64,000 nt of DNA, from contig JBHLPW010000002.1 in the NCBI GenBank assembly GCA_048939015.1, positions 64,001-128,000 on the forward strand. Direction: 5' to 3'. Below are positions 18,956 through 28,360 of this stretch, one piece after another. Each line of letters opens with the position of its first letter. The first letter of the stretch is position 1. The position numbers were made by a program, and so were the translations under genes. This stretch comes from Promethearchaeota archaeon. Its GTDB lineage: Archaea; Asgardarchaeota; Lokiarchaeia; Sigyniarchaeales; SOKP01. The notes beneath the pieces are model-generated. The model was not told where the DNA came from and ran no database searches. It was given only the letters and a program-made list of their open reading frames with translations.

Positions 18956-20590
18956 TCATAAATTCTTAATTTTTTCTTCAAAATATTCTTTTAACAGAAA
19001 GTAAGGCAAATCTCCACTTCTAAGGATAGTATCATGAAAGAATTTTAAACTGAACTTGTTTCCCATTTTTTCTTCTACTTCCTTACGTAAGTCCTCAATT
19101 AAGAGCTTTCCAGGGAGGTATGATAATGGATAGCTTGGGGTAAGTGTAAATTCTAAAGCTATTCCTTTGGCAGTAGACTCTTCATATGACAATATATTCA
19201 TCATTGTTTTACTTGCATCCTCTAATGTTCTTTGTTTACAGTGTAATTGAATATCCAATAATATATTCATCGCATATTGCATGTGCATTCCTGAAATCAA
19301 CTGTTGAGTTTTTTTTGCATCTTTATAAAAACCTTGTTGTAACATCATTTCCTCACAGTAAAGAGCCCATCCTTCAGAGGTTTCTGTCGATGAGAAGTAA
19401 CTCAATCCTAACATTCGAACAAGAGGTGCATAAATATTATTGCAAATAAAATCCAGATGATGTCCGGGAAAAGCTTCATGAACCAACGCCCAAGATATAT
19501 ATGTATAAGATTGAAATTCTTTTAGGGTGGGACTAATCATGAAAATTCCTGGTCGATCTTTATTAAAATAAGGAGCTTGCTCATAACCAGCACCAGCGAG
19601 GATTGGAACGAGATGGGGAGGTGTTTCGATTATTAATAACTTCTCTTGAGGAAGTGTAACAAGATCATGGTTTATTATGAACTCTTTTGCTCGTTCTGCT
19701 TCGTTCTGAGTGTATTTAAGTACTTCTTGAAACGTAGGGATTAGATCTTCTTTGAAAAATTCTTTAATTCCCTCAACCAGAGTTTTATCGGGATACAATT
19801 CTTTTAGAATTCGTTTTATATTTTTCAATCCTGAGCTGAATAACTTATTCCCTTTTGAGATCAGTGTCTTTCGATCCCAAGGAAATTTCCGTAGACTCAG
19901 TAGCTTATCGAATTTCTCAGGTCCTAAAGCCCAAGCAAATTCGTTAGTATCCACGGGTAAACTTTTTATCCATTTTACATGCCTTTGAATAGTTGATTCA
20001 ACATCTTTAAAAGCTTCTAGAAGTTTGTTTTTAATTGAATCGTTTACATCTGATGTTCCAGTGTACGCATCAGCAACACTTTTTAATATTTTAGGAGTAG
20101 TTTGAATTGTTTCTAACGCTATGTCTCTCCATATAATTGGAATTGGAGTTTCATCAAAACGTGATTGAAATTCCTCTATATATTTTGGTAAATTCTTTAT
20201 ATGTATGAGGAGAGTATCTGCTAAATCAACAGTTGGTCCTTTTCGCTGTAATAAAAGGTAGACAATCTCATGAAAATAGGCTAACCCGTCAGGATATTTT
20301 TTCCATAGTGGAAATTCCTCATGTATAAACAGATTAATATTATGATAGTATTCCATATCTTTTAGTGAAATTTTATTTTCAAAATTTAATTTTTCAACAT
20401 CTAATTGCTTAAGCTCTTCAATCCATTGACCGAACCATTTAAAATTTTCCTCTATATGTTCTTTCGTACCTGACTCTACTACTTTTTCGTATTCTTCTTT
20501 ACCAAACATGACAGCACTCCTGGGATTCCGCTTAAAGTACTCTTCTATCCCTCTATTCACAATTTCTTCGAACTTTCTATTCTCATTCAT
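18956..20590 (-). CDS. DUF885 family protein (putative metallopeptidase)
   Basis: HEAFPGHHL, EGWALYCE, FSLK.FHD.IL..G.LP. Confidence 0.88.
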   Translation of the reverse strand: MNENRKFEEIVNRGIEEYFKRNPRSAVMFGKEEYEKVVESGTKEHIEENFKWFGQWIEELKQLDVEKLNFENKISLKDMEYYHNINLFIHEEFPLWKKYPDGLAYFHEIVYLLLQRKGPTVDLADTLLIHIKNLPKYIEEFQSRFDETPIPIIWRDIALETIQTTPKILKSVADAYTGTSDVNDSIKNKLLEAFKDVESTIQRHVKWIKSLPVDTNEFAWALGPEKFDKLLSLRKFPWDRKTLISKGNKLFSSGLKNIKRILKELYPDKTLVEGIKEFFKEDLIPTFQEVLKYTQNEAERAKEFIINHDLVTLPQEKLLIIETPPHLVPILAGAGYEQAPYFNKDRPGIFMISPTLKEFQSYTYISWALVHEAFPGHHLDFICNNIYAPLVRMLGLSYFSSTETSEGWALYCEEMMLQQGFYKDAKKTQQLISGMHMQYAMNILLDIQLHCKQRTLEDASKTMMNILSYEESTAKGIALEFTLTPSYPLSYLPGKLLIEDLRKEVEEKMGNKFSLKFFHDTILRSGDLPYFLLKEYFEEKIKNL

Positions 20591-20794
20591 AAACTATTCA
20601 CCATAATTATAGCTTTGAGTTGTATTCAAAATTAAGCTAAGTGGATTCCTTTAAAATAATATTAAAATAGATTTTTATTTAAATCTTGTAGATAAATAGA
20701 GAAAAATTTTCGGAAAACCGCGTTCATCTTAATTAAAACTTTAAAATAATTATATAATGTATTAAAATTTAAAATTGAAAAGGAGTGAAGAAAC

Positions 20795-21130
20795 ATGATG
20801 AATAATGAATTTGATAAAGAAAGAAGATATTTGTTGGCTTTAATGATAAATTCGGATAACTTTTTCAAGGATTTTGGAAAAATTGATGATGATGCATTTT
20901 CAGAGGGGAATATCCCAAAGAAATATAAGGAATTGACAATGCTAACTGTTTCAATTGTTTCTAAATGTAAAGAATGTATTGAATATCATATTAAAGAGTG
21001 TCTAAATGCTAAAACAAATAAAAATGAGATGATTGATGCAATTAAAATGGGAATGATGGCTAGTGGCTCAGTGAGTTATCCATATGTAAGATATTCATTC
21101 AAAATTCTAAAAGAACTAAAAATTCTCTAA
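20795..21130 (+). CDS. Carboxymuconolactone decarboxylase / AhpD-like protein
   Basis: KYKEL.ML.VS...CKECIEYH (CxxC + His). Confidence 0.85.
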   Translation: MMNNEFDKERRYLLALMINSDNFFKDFGKIDDDAFSEGNIPKKYKELTMLTVSIVSKCKECIEYHIKECLNAKTNKNEMIDAIKMGMMASGSVSYPYVRYSFKILKELKIL

Positions 21131-21140
21131 AAACATATCT

Positions 21141-21162
21141 TCGTGAAACCCGTCTTTCACGA
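21141..21162. terminator. 8-bp inverted repeat (terminator hairpin or operator)
   Basis: TCGTGAAA-cccgtc-TTTCACGA, 10 nt after the stop at 21130. Confidence 0.45.
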
Positions 21163-21456
21163 CTGTTTATATTTACTTTAATAATATTACAATATCATTC
21201 TAGTATTATAAGAATATCATATCTCCTTGATGTAAAAGATATGTTAGATTCAGTCTTTTATACCCATACTTTAGAATTAAAATAATTTATGTTTTTTTGC
21301 CAAACTTCAGGATACTATGTGATGTTAGAAAATTCTCTACTACAGAAATTCAGCAATCTGTAATATTTTAAAAAATATATTTTTAATATAAACGCATACG
21401 AATATATACTATTCAATTTCTACTTTAATCCTTATTGAATTTGAGAGGAAAATAAA

Positions 21457-21921
21457 ATGTCAATTAATAAAAAAGATGTTTCAAGGAATATATTAGAAGT
21501 AGGAATCAATGAAGATAAAACCAAACGATGTTCTAAGTGTAAACAAGTTTTCCTTGCTACTACAGAATTTTTTTATAAAAATAGAAATTTAAAGCATGGT
21601 ATTGATTCATGGTGTAAAGCTTGTAAGAAAAAGTATGATAAGATATATCACAAATTAAAAAATTTTAATTTATCTATAAAGGAATTTGAAAAATTATTAG
21701 AACAACAGAACTATAAATGTGCAATTTGTGGTAGGAATTTCAATGATCTCTTCGAGATATATAATAATAAGACAACCGTTCGTACACCTAGAATTGATCA
21801 TGATCATAAATCTGGGAAAATTAGAGGAATTTTGTGTAATAGATGTAATATGTTATTAGGTCGGTGTGTTGATAACCCATTTATCTTAATTAAAGCAGTA
21901 AACTACTTAAAAGGAAATTAG
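21457..21921 (+). CDS. Endonuclease VII-family (HNH-type) nuclease with an N-terminal zinc finger
   Basis: CSKC..CKAC zinc finger; QNYKCAICG ... IDHDHKSGKIRGILCNRCN.LLG. Confidence 0.88.
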   Translation: MSINKKDVSRNILEVGINEDKTKRCSKCKQVFLATTEFFYKNRNLKHGIDSWCKACKKKYDKIYHKLKNFNLSIKEFEKLLEQQNYKCAICGRNFNDLFEIYNNKTTVRTPRIDHDHKSGKIRGILCNRCNMLLGRCVDNPFILIKAVNYLKGN

Positions 21922-21984
21922 AATAGCTTTAAGAATAAAATTAAAAAATATTAAATAAATTTGTTATTATTGAGAAAAACTAAG

Positions 21985-22815
21985 TTATTTTCTTTTTAAT
22001 TCTCGATTTATTGGTTTTAATAACATCAGATTTAATACGACTAATATCCAAGACGAGAGTGAAAACATAAGAAGCCATTCCCAAAAAGGAGCCCATTGCC
22101 AAAGTGGTAAAGAGGTCCAAAATGCATCAGTATACCATAAATATGGTACTGTATAAAAGAAGCCAAAGAAAATTGGAGTTAAAATCCATGTGTTAATCGC
22201 TAATAAAACCCTAGCTGTCTTTATATTTTTTAATCCAATTTGTGCTTCTAATATATCTGGAAAAATTATAAATTGCGAAGCAACAAGGATCCCACTAATC
22301 ATGAAAAAAGTAAAAGCGAAATCCGCGACAATATCATGCCAGAAATAATTAGGTATAGGTGGTCCAATAATACTGTCTAATTTTGCTCCAACATCCTCAG
22401 AAATTACACCTGTTAAAAATAAACCACACATTGCAATGACCATAGATATTAACGTTAAATTACCTAATACTTTTCTTAACTTTTTCGACCCATCTCCTAT
22501 TAAAATAAATCGTAGGTAGAAGGTAGCGGGTATCATTAATATAGATGTTTGCATCATTCCAAAATCGATGATTATAGGCATTGGAGTTAAGTCAAGATTG
22601 CCTAGATCACTAATATAATTGATTAATATATTAAATCCAGCAGGATCATAAGAAGGACCAGCAGGATCTAATTGAGCAATTAGAATTGCTAATATTACGC
22701 TTGAAATCCAAAAAAAGGTTGCCCCTATACATGAAAGTTTCACGACCTTGGGATGAATTAACATCTTATAAAAATTTTTTACTTTATCTTTAAATCCCAT
22801 ATATTTCATAACCAT
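21985..22815 (-). CDS. DUF998-like membrane protein
   Basis: NYISDLG motif, H in TM region, P.WEW motif, several TM helices. Confidence 0.7.
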   Translation of the reverse strand: MVMKYMGFKDKVKNFYKMLIHPKVVKLSCIGATFFWISSVILAILIAQLDPAGPSYDPAGFNILINYISDLGNLDLTPMPIIIDFGMMQTSILMIPATFYLRFILIGDGSKKLRKVLGNLTLISMVIAMCGLFLTGVISEDVGAKLDSIIGPPIPNYFWHDIVADFAFTFFMISGILVASQFIIFPDILEAQIGLKNIKTARVLLAINTWILTPIFFGFFYTVPYLWYTDAFWTSLPLWQWAPFWEWLLMFSLSSWILVVLNLMLLKPINRELKRK

Positions 22816-22934
22816 TTCTTTTAGTTTTCGATTTTAGTAAACATAGTTAGGTTTATGTGGTATATATAGATTGTGAAATTAATTAGTACCTTAAAGTAGA
22901 AGGTAGAGATTAATTATTTAATACCTCTTAGGCG

Positions 22935-23654
22935 TTATGTAGAAATCATAGCTAAATAATTTTCATTTTCATCCTTACCAAGGATCTTACATGGAAATCC
23001 CATTTCTAAAGTAATTTGTTTAAGTGTATCAGGATCTATTTGTAAATTTTGGATTTTATCTCCCATGATATTTTTGTATTTCATCTGAAATATTGTCACA
23101 CCACTATACTTTCCTAACTTGCGGTTTCTTTCTTGATATTCAAGAAGAATTTGTTCTTTAATTGAAGGAAAATCTATTGAATCAAGAATTATAATTCCCT
23201 CTGGATTCAGGAGAGTTTTACAGTAAGATAAGAATTTTTTCATTCCATTTAAATTCTCCACAAACCCGATTGAACGTCCTAATAAAAGAATAGTATCAAA
23301 TGAGCCCATTTTTAAATTATAACAATCTGTACATTGAACATTTTTTATACCTCTTTTTTTCATTATTCGACAAGCATGAGAGGATATGTCAATTGCATAA
23401 ACCTCAAGACCTAATTTTTGAAGTTCCAAGGTATGTGGTCCAGCTCCTGCTCCAATATCTAAAACTCTACCTTTACATAATTGTAGTGCTTGTTTTTCTA
23501 TATTTGAAAAATTTTCAGGGCCTCTAAAGAAATATTCAATAGGGACTTTCCATTCTATTCCATCATCTCGACATAAAGTAACCTCAACTCCTTTTTTACC
23601 ATTATAAAAATCCTCAAGAGCTATACCAAAAGGTTCAAATGCTTCTTTTGTCAT
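22935..23654 (-). CDS. Class I SAM-dependent methyltransferase
   Basis: GRVLDIGAGAG.H; FDTILLLG. Confidence 0.9.
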   Translation of the reverse strand: MTKEAFEPFGIALEDFYNGKKGVEVTLCRDDGIEWKVPIEYFFRGPENFSNIEKQALQLCKGRVLDIGAGAGPHTLELQKLGLEVYAIDISSHACRIMKKRGIKNVQCTDCYNLKMGSFDTILLLGRSIGFVENLNGMKKFLSYCKTLLNPEGIIILDSIDFPSIKEQILLEYQERNRKLGKYSGVTIFQMKYKNIMGDKIQNLQIDPDTLKQITLEMGFPCKILGKDENENYLAMIST

Positions 23655-23689
23655 AATAGTATTCTATGAAGATGAAAATTTTAATCTTT

Positions 23690-24547
23690 TTACATTTTTG
23701 TTTTCTTTTTTTCTATTTTTATTAACAGTTTTCCCACCGCTTTATGACTTATAAGTTGTAACCAAGCTAATAACCACCACCATCTAGGTACAAAAACTTC
23801 CCTCTTATATTTGCGTGAAGCTTTCATTACTACTTTTCCAACATCTTTTACCTCCACATATTTATATAAATGACCCCGTTTTTGATATTTTTTTACCCAA
23901 TCTTTCATTTCAGGAGTAGATTCCCAAAATTTAGTCTTAACAGGCGCAGGACAAATTGTTATGACTTGAATATTATGATTTTGCATTTTATATTCTAATC
24001 TAAGAGAATTAGCCAAACCGACTATAGCGAATTTACTCATTGAATAAGCCGCCATATTAGGAATACCTGTTTTTCCTGCTGAACTTGAGCTAAATATCAG
24101 TTGCCCTTCTTTTCGATTTGGGTATTTATTAGTAGGAGTGGGGCGTCCAATATAATGTAATGCTTCTTGGAGTACTAACCACATCCCATCGACATTTATT
24201 GACATAATCTTTCGATATTCTTCAAATGTTCCGCCGTTAGTTATTGAACAAGTAGTTCCTATACCCGCATTGTTATATAAAATATCTATATATTTTTCTT
24301 TTTCCCCAATCTTCTTAATAACTTCTTTAATTTGATTTCGATCAGTAACATCAAATTCAAAACTTTCTACATATTCTGCGCCTAAATCTTTGAGTTCCTC
24401 CTTTAAATTATCTAGTGGTGTATTAGGGAGATCCAACAGATATATTCTCATCCCTAAGGAAGCAAATCTACGGCACACTTCACTTCCAATAGCTCCACCG
24501 GCTCCTGTTATTACAAATACCTTCCCTTTGTACCATTTCTTTTTCAT
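23690..24547 (-). CDS. Short-chain dehydrogenase/reductase
   Basis: TGAGGAIG, NNAG, YSMSK. Confidence 0.92.
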   Translation of the reverse strand: MKKKWYKGKVFVITGAGGAIGSEVCRRFASLGMRIYLLDLPNTPLDNLKEELKDLGAEYVESFEFDVTDRNQIKEVIKKIGEKEKYIDILYNNAGIGTTCSITNGGTFEEYRKIMSINVDGMWLVLQEALHYIGRPTPTNKYPNRKEGQLIFSSSSAGKTGIPNMAAYSMSKFAIVGLANSLRLEYKMQNHNIQVITICPAPVKTKFWESTPEMKDWVKKYQKRGHLYKYVEVKDVGKVVMKASRKYKREVFVPRWWWLLAWLQLISHKAVGKLLIKIEKKKTKM

Positions 24548-24607
24548 TTAATCATTCACTCATGTACTTAACAAATTATCATATACTAAAAAAAAAGATT
24601 AAATGGG

Positions 24608-24991
24608 TTATTCTCCCCTTTTTACATTTCCTTGAAATGAAGAAAATTGATTAAAAAGTGCTTTAGTATCACCCTCAATTTTGGCAAAGATATTAACAGG
24701 ACTCGCAGCAATAGGCTTATCACCAGAACTTGCGGGAGTGGGTCCCCAAAAAATACAAAAACCTTGACCACTAATCCAATATCCTACATCCCCGATATCA
24801 CATTCCGTTTGTGAATTCTCTGTAGGAATTTTAACAGGACAATCTCCATAAAGCTCCTCTCCCCATCTTGATAATTCAACTTCAAATGGAAGAGCATCCC
24901 AAATTGCTTGACATGTTTTTGGGTTTTTTTCAGGTAATAACTTTGCTTTTACTTCTCCGATTTTTTCATTTTCGATTATAATATAATTCAT
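24608..24991 (-). CDS. Cyclophilin-like fold protein (DUF369/DUF3830 type)
   Basis: P.T..AIWDALP, WGEELY, GDVGYW..G..FCIF.G.TP. Confidence 0.82.
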   Translation of the reverse strand: MNYIIIENEKIGEVKAKLLPEKNPKTCQAIWDALPFEVELSRWGEELYGDCPVKIPTENSQTECDIGDVGYWISGQGFCIFWGPTPASSGDKPIAASPVNIFAKIEGDTKALFNQFSSFQGNVKRGE

Positions 24992-25090
24992 TGTATACCC
25001 TCAAAATTATAATTTTAACAATATATAAGAATCACTAGTATTTAAACAAAATAAATATAATTTACAAATAAAGCATTAGAGTTTTATAAA

Positions 25091-25534
25091 ATGATAAAAA
25101 CTAATAGGGATGACCTACCTGCAAATCCCATAGAAGCTCAAGGATTGTTATTAAAAGCTGTTTACAAAAAGTTTGGTAAAGAAGTTTTACCTATAATAAG
25201 AACTGTTTGCCAAAAACAAGGAAAAGCATTAGGGCTAAAAATTAAAAACAAACTTACAAAGAACAATTTAATTACTGTTGCTAATGCATTTTCAAAAAGT
25301 TTTGACCAAAAATATATTGAAATAATCTCTATATCAGATGAAAAGTTTCATATTCGTGGTACTAAGTGCCCATTTGGTCTTGAGAATACCTCTAGAGAAT
25401 TATGTGAAGCAGTTATGACAATTGATCATGAATATTTTCGTGAAGCAGTTAATGATAAGATTGAACTCAAGATTCTTAAAACTGTAGCTACTGGAGACCC
25501 TTATTGTGATACAATTTATGAGATAAAAGATTAA
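25091..25534 (+). CDS. ATC-hydrolase / V4R-like small protein
   Basis: CP...LC....D...L..TVATGDPYC pattern. Confidence 0.7.
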   Translation: MIKTNRDDLPANPIEAQGLLLKAVYKKFGKEVLPIIRTVCQKQGKALGLKIKNKLTKNNLITVANAFSKSFDQKYIEIISISDEKFHIRGTKCPFGLENTSRELCEAVMTIDHEYFREAVNDKIELKILKTVATGDPYCDTIYEIKD

Positions 25535-25560
25535 TTTTTATTTTAAGAATGTTTTAAACC

Positions 25561-26376
25561 ATGATTTTAGAAAAAACTGTTGATTTAATTAAACAGATTT
25601 ATAAAATTCACAAGATTGTACCTCCCAAAATAACAAAGGTTGTAATTGGATTAGGATATACTGGGGTAGAGGTTACTGCTTATGCTTATGAACCTTTTTT
25701 AGGTTTAGCATCAACCCTACAAAGCGTATTAAAGAAAACTAATTGTAGTAAAATTAATTTTGCTGGAGAGCTGACAAGGTATCCTATTACAGAACTTTTA
25801 AATTGGTCATTCAAATCTCCTAGCCTTGAAAAAATCATCGGTATCGCTACTCTAAATGGAGTATCTCAACATATTTTAAAAATTATAAAACCTTATAGGA
25901 AAGTTAAAGAAGAAAGTTTGACAAATATTATAGAAATTAATTCAGATACTAGAGTTACTTTTATAGGATTAATTAAACCATTGATAAAAGAGATTCATAA
26001 AATTACTTCCTCAGTCATAGTTATAGAGGATTCACTTTTAATCTCCTCTGAATTCAAGAATATTATTTTCAGACATAATATCGAAGAACTAAAAGATGAT
26101 GAACTTTATACTGATGTATTAGTTTGCACTGGAACAGCTTTAATTAATAACACTATTGAGTCAATATTAGAAAAATTCAAAAATAAGGCTCGAAAAATTA
26201 TCTTAATTGGTCCTACTGCAAGTATGATACCTGATATTTTGTTTGATTATGGAGTAGATATAGTTGGTGGAATGAAAATCTTGAATTCAGATGCTACAAT
26301 AAGAGTTTTACAGGAAGGAGGGGGTACTAGATTATTTAGTATGTATGGAAAAAAATATAACTTAATTAAGGAGTAA
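25561..26376 (+). CDS. DUF364 (Rossmann-like, putative metal-binding) protein
   Basis: IGIATLN, TGTALINNT, IGPTAS..P..LF..GVD..GG. Confidence 0.85.
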   Translation: MILEKTVDLIKQIYKIHKIVPPKITKVVIGLGYTGVEVTAYAYEPFLGLASTLQSVLKKTNCSKINFAGELTRYPITELLNWSFKSPSLEKIIGIATLNGVSQHILKIIKPYRKVKEESLTNIIEINSDTRVTFIGLIKPLIKEIHKITSSVIVIEDSLLISSEFKNIIFRHNIEELKDDELYTDVLVCTGTALINNTIESILEKFKNKARKIILIGPTASMIPDILFDYGVDIVGGMKILNSDATIRVLQEGGGTRLFSMYGKKYNLIKE

Positions 26377-26431
26377 GTTGTTTTAATACTAGAACCTTAG
26401 TAATCATCTGTATTTTTGTTATCTGGATATT

Positions 26432-26445
26432 CAAAAAGTTTATAA
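26432..26445 (+). promoter_or_regulatory. BRE-TATA promoter candidate for the first Rab-like GTPase
   Basis: CAAAAAG-TTTATAA about 45 nt upstream of ATG 26486. Confidence 0.45.
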
Positions 26446-26485
26446 TTTTGTAGAAACCAATAATATAATAGGAAGTGTATTAAAA

Positions 26486-27016
26486 ATGTCTGAACAGGTA
26501 TTTTCTTTCAAGCTAATTGTAATCGGTCCTGCTGCTGTAGGCAAATCCAGCCTCATCCGAAGATTTGTCGAAAATAAATTCACTCTTCATTATAAATTTA
26601 CGATTGGAGTAGATTTTATGACTAAAACTGTAGATTACGAAACAGGTAAATCTGCTAAACTAACATTATGGGATATTGGAGGTCAGGAACGGTTTAAAGT
26701 ATTACGTAGAAGTTTTTATGAAGGAACCAATGGTGCATTAGTTGTTTTTGATCTTTCAAGAGCAAATACATTTACTAAAATGAAAGAGTGGCTTTCAGAT
26801 GCACGACAATCTATTTCAAATGCATTTCCAGCAATAATTATTGGAAATAAATCTGATTTAATTCCAGAAATTGGAGAAATAATCGATCGAAATGAGCCTC
26901 TTCAATATGCAAAATCTGAAAATAGCATTTATATTGAAACTTCTGCTAAAACGGGAGAGAATGTTGATAAAGCATTTCTGGATCTTACTCGACAGATGGT
27001 ACAAAAATTCTCGTAA
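26486..27016 (+). CDS. Rab-like small GTPase (1 of 3)
   Basis: GPAAVGKS, TIGVDF, WDIGGQERF, GNKSD, ETSAKTGENV. Confidence 0.95.
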   Translation: MSEQVFSFKLIVIGPAAVGKSSLIRRFVENKFTLHYKFTIGVDFMTKTVDYETGKSAKLTLWDIGGQERFKVLRRSFYEGTNGALVVFDLSRANTFTKMKEWLSDARQSISNAFPAIIIGNKSDLIPEIGEIIDRNEPLQYAKSENSIYIETSAKTGENVDKAFLDLTRQMVQKFS

Positions 27017-27169
27017 TTTAAATCTTTAGAAAACTATTCCTTCTGTTATTAATTATTAAAATTTTTTTTTGAATAATTCAACTTTTTAAAATTTTCGAAA
27101 AGTGTACTATATAAATTATAAATCTTTTATAGAGAAGATATAAAAGCATATTTTTTAGATCTCATCAAA

Positions 27170-27700
27170 ATGCAAGATTATTCATTCAAGGTTATTGTTA
27201 TTGGGCCCGCAGCAGTAGGAAAGTCATCTCTAATACGTCGATTTGTTGATGATAAGTTTTCACTCCAATATAAATTCACTATTGGAGTAGATTTTTTAAG
27301 TAAAAATATTGAATATAAGCAAGATAAAAAAGCTAGATTACTTATATGGGATATTGGAGGTCAAGAACGTTTTAAATCATTACGAAGAAATTTTTATGAT
27401 GGAACTAATGGTGCTTTAGTGGTTTTTGATCTTTCAAGAGCTGAAACTTTCCCAAAAATGAAAGAATGGCTCTCCGATTTGAAACAGTTCATTGGAGAAA
27501 GCATTCCGGTTGTAATAATAGGAAATAAAGCTGATTTAATTTCTGAGATAGGTGAAGTGGTTGATCGAAATGAATTAGATCAATATAATAATTGTAAAAA
27601 CTGTGAATATATTGAAACTTCAGCTAAAACTGGTGAAAATATAGAGGATGCATTCGTCCATCTTACTCAGAACATTATAGAATCACTTCATTCTACCTAA
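27170..27700 (+). CDS. Rab-like small GTPase (2 of 3)
   Basis: GPAAVGKS, TIGVDF, WDIGGQERF, GNKAD, ETSAKTGENI. Confidence 0.95.
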   Translation: MQDYSFKVIVIGPAAVGKSSLIRRFVDDKFSLQYKFTIGVDFLSKNIEYKQDKKARLLIWDIGGQERFKSLRRNFYDGTNGALVVFDLSRAETFPKMKEWLSDLKQFIGESIPVVIIGNKADLISEIGEVVDRNELDQYNNCKNCEYIETSAKTGENIEDAFVHLTQNIIESLHST

Positions 27701-27814
27701 ATTTTGATTAATTTACTCAAAAAAAATTATTATTTAAACTCGATCGTTTCGAAAATGTTTAAATATCTAATAGAGATTATTTATTAGAACTGCATTATTA
27801 ATTGGTAATCTCCT

Positions 27815-28351
27815 ATGCCACTCTATGTATTTAAGGTCATAATAATAGGACCTGGAGCTGTCGGTAAGACTTCACTTTTACACCGATTCGTTGAAAATAA
27901 ATTCTCATTTAGATATAAACTTACAATTGGAGCAGATTTTCTTTCAAAGATCATCACACATCCAAAAGATTCAAAGTCAACAGTAAAGTTGCAGATCTGG
28001 GACATTGGAGGCCAAGATAGATATAAATTTTTAAGATCAAGCTTTTTTGATGGTGCAAATGGTGCTTTAATTGTTTTCGATCTATCAAGATGGCATACAT
28101 TTGAAGAACTTGAAGAATGGTTAAAGGATTTGCGTGAATATGCTGGTGAACATGTACCTTTTATATTAATTGGTAATAAATTTGACTTGGTTGAAAAAAG
28201 TGATGAACTTTATGAAAGAGAGAATGCTCAGGTGTTTGCCAAAAAGGAAAAAACATATTATGTTGAAACTTCTGCTAAAACTGGTGAAAATGTAGAAGAA
28301 GCTTTTCTAAATTTAACAAAGAGCATGTTGAAAAATATAAATAATAAATAG
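27815..28351 (+). CDS. Rab-like small GTPase (3 of 3)
   Basis: GPGAVGKT, TIGADF, KLQIWDIGGQDRY, GNKFD, ETSAKTGENV. Confidence 0.95.
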   Translation: MPLYVFKVIIIGPGAVGKTSLLHRFVENKFSFRYKLTIGADFLSKIITHPKDSKSTVKLQIWDIGGQDRYKFLRSSFFDGANGALIVFDLSRWHTFEELEEWLKDLREYAGEHVPFILIGNKFDLVEKSDELYERENAQVFAKKEKTYYVETSAKTGENVEEAFLNLTKSMLKNINNK

Positions 28352-28360
28352 GTTTCGCTC

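Noticed and set aside
21165-21456. Spacer before the endonuclease gene as a pseudogene or ncRNA
   Set aside because: The frames I translated give only short stop-interrupted peptides with no recognisable motif, and I see no convincing extended structure.
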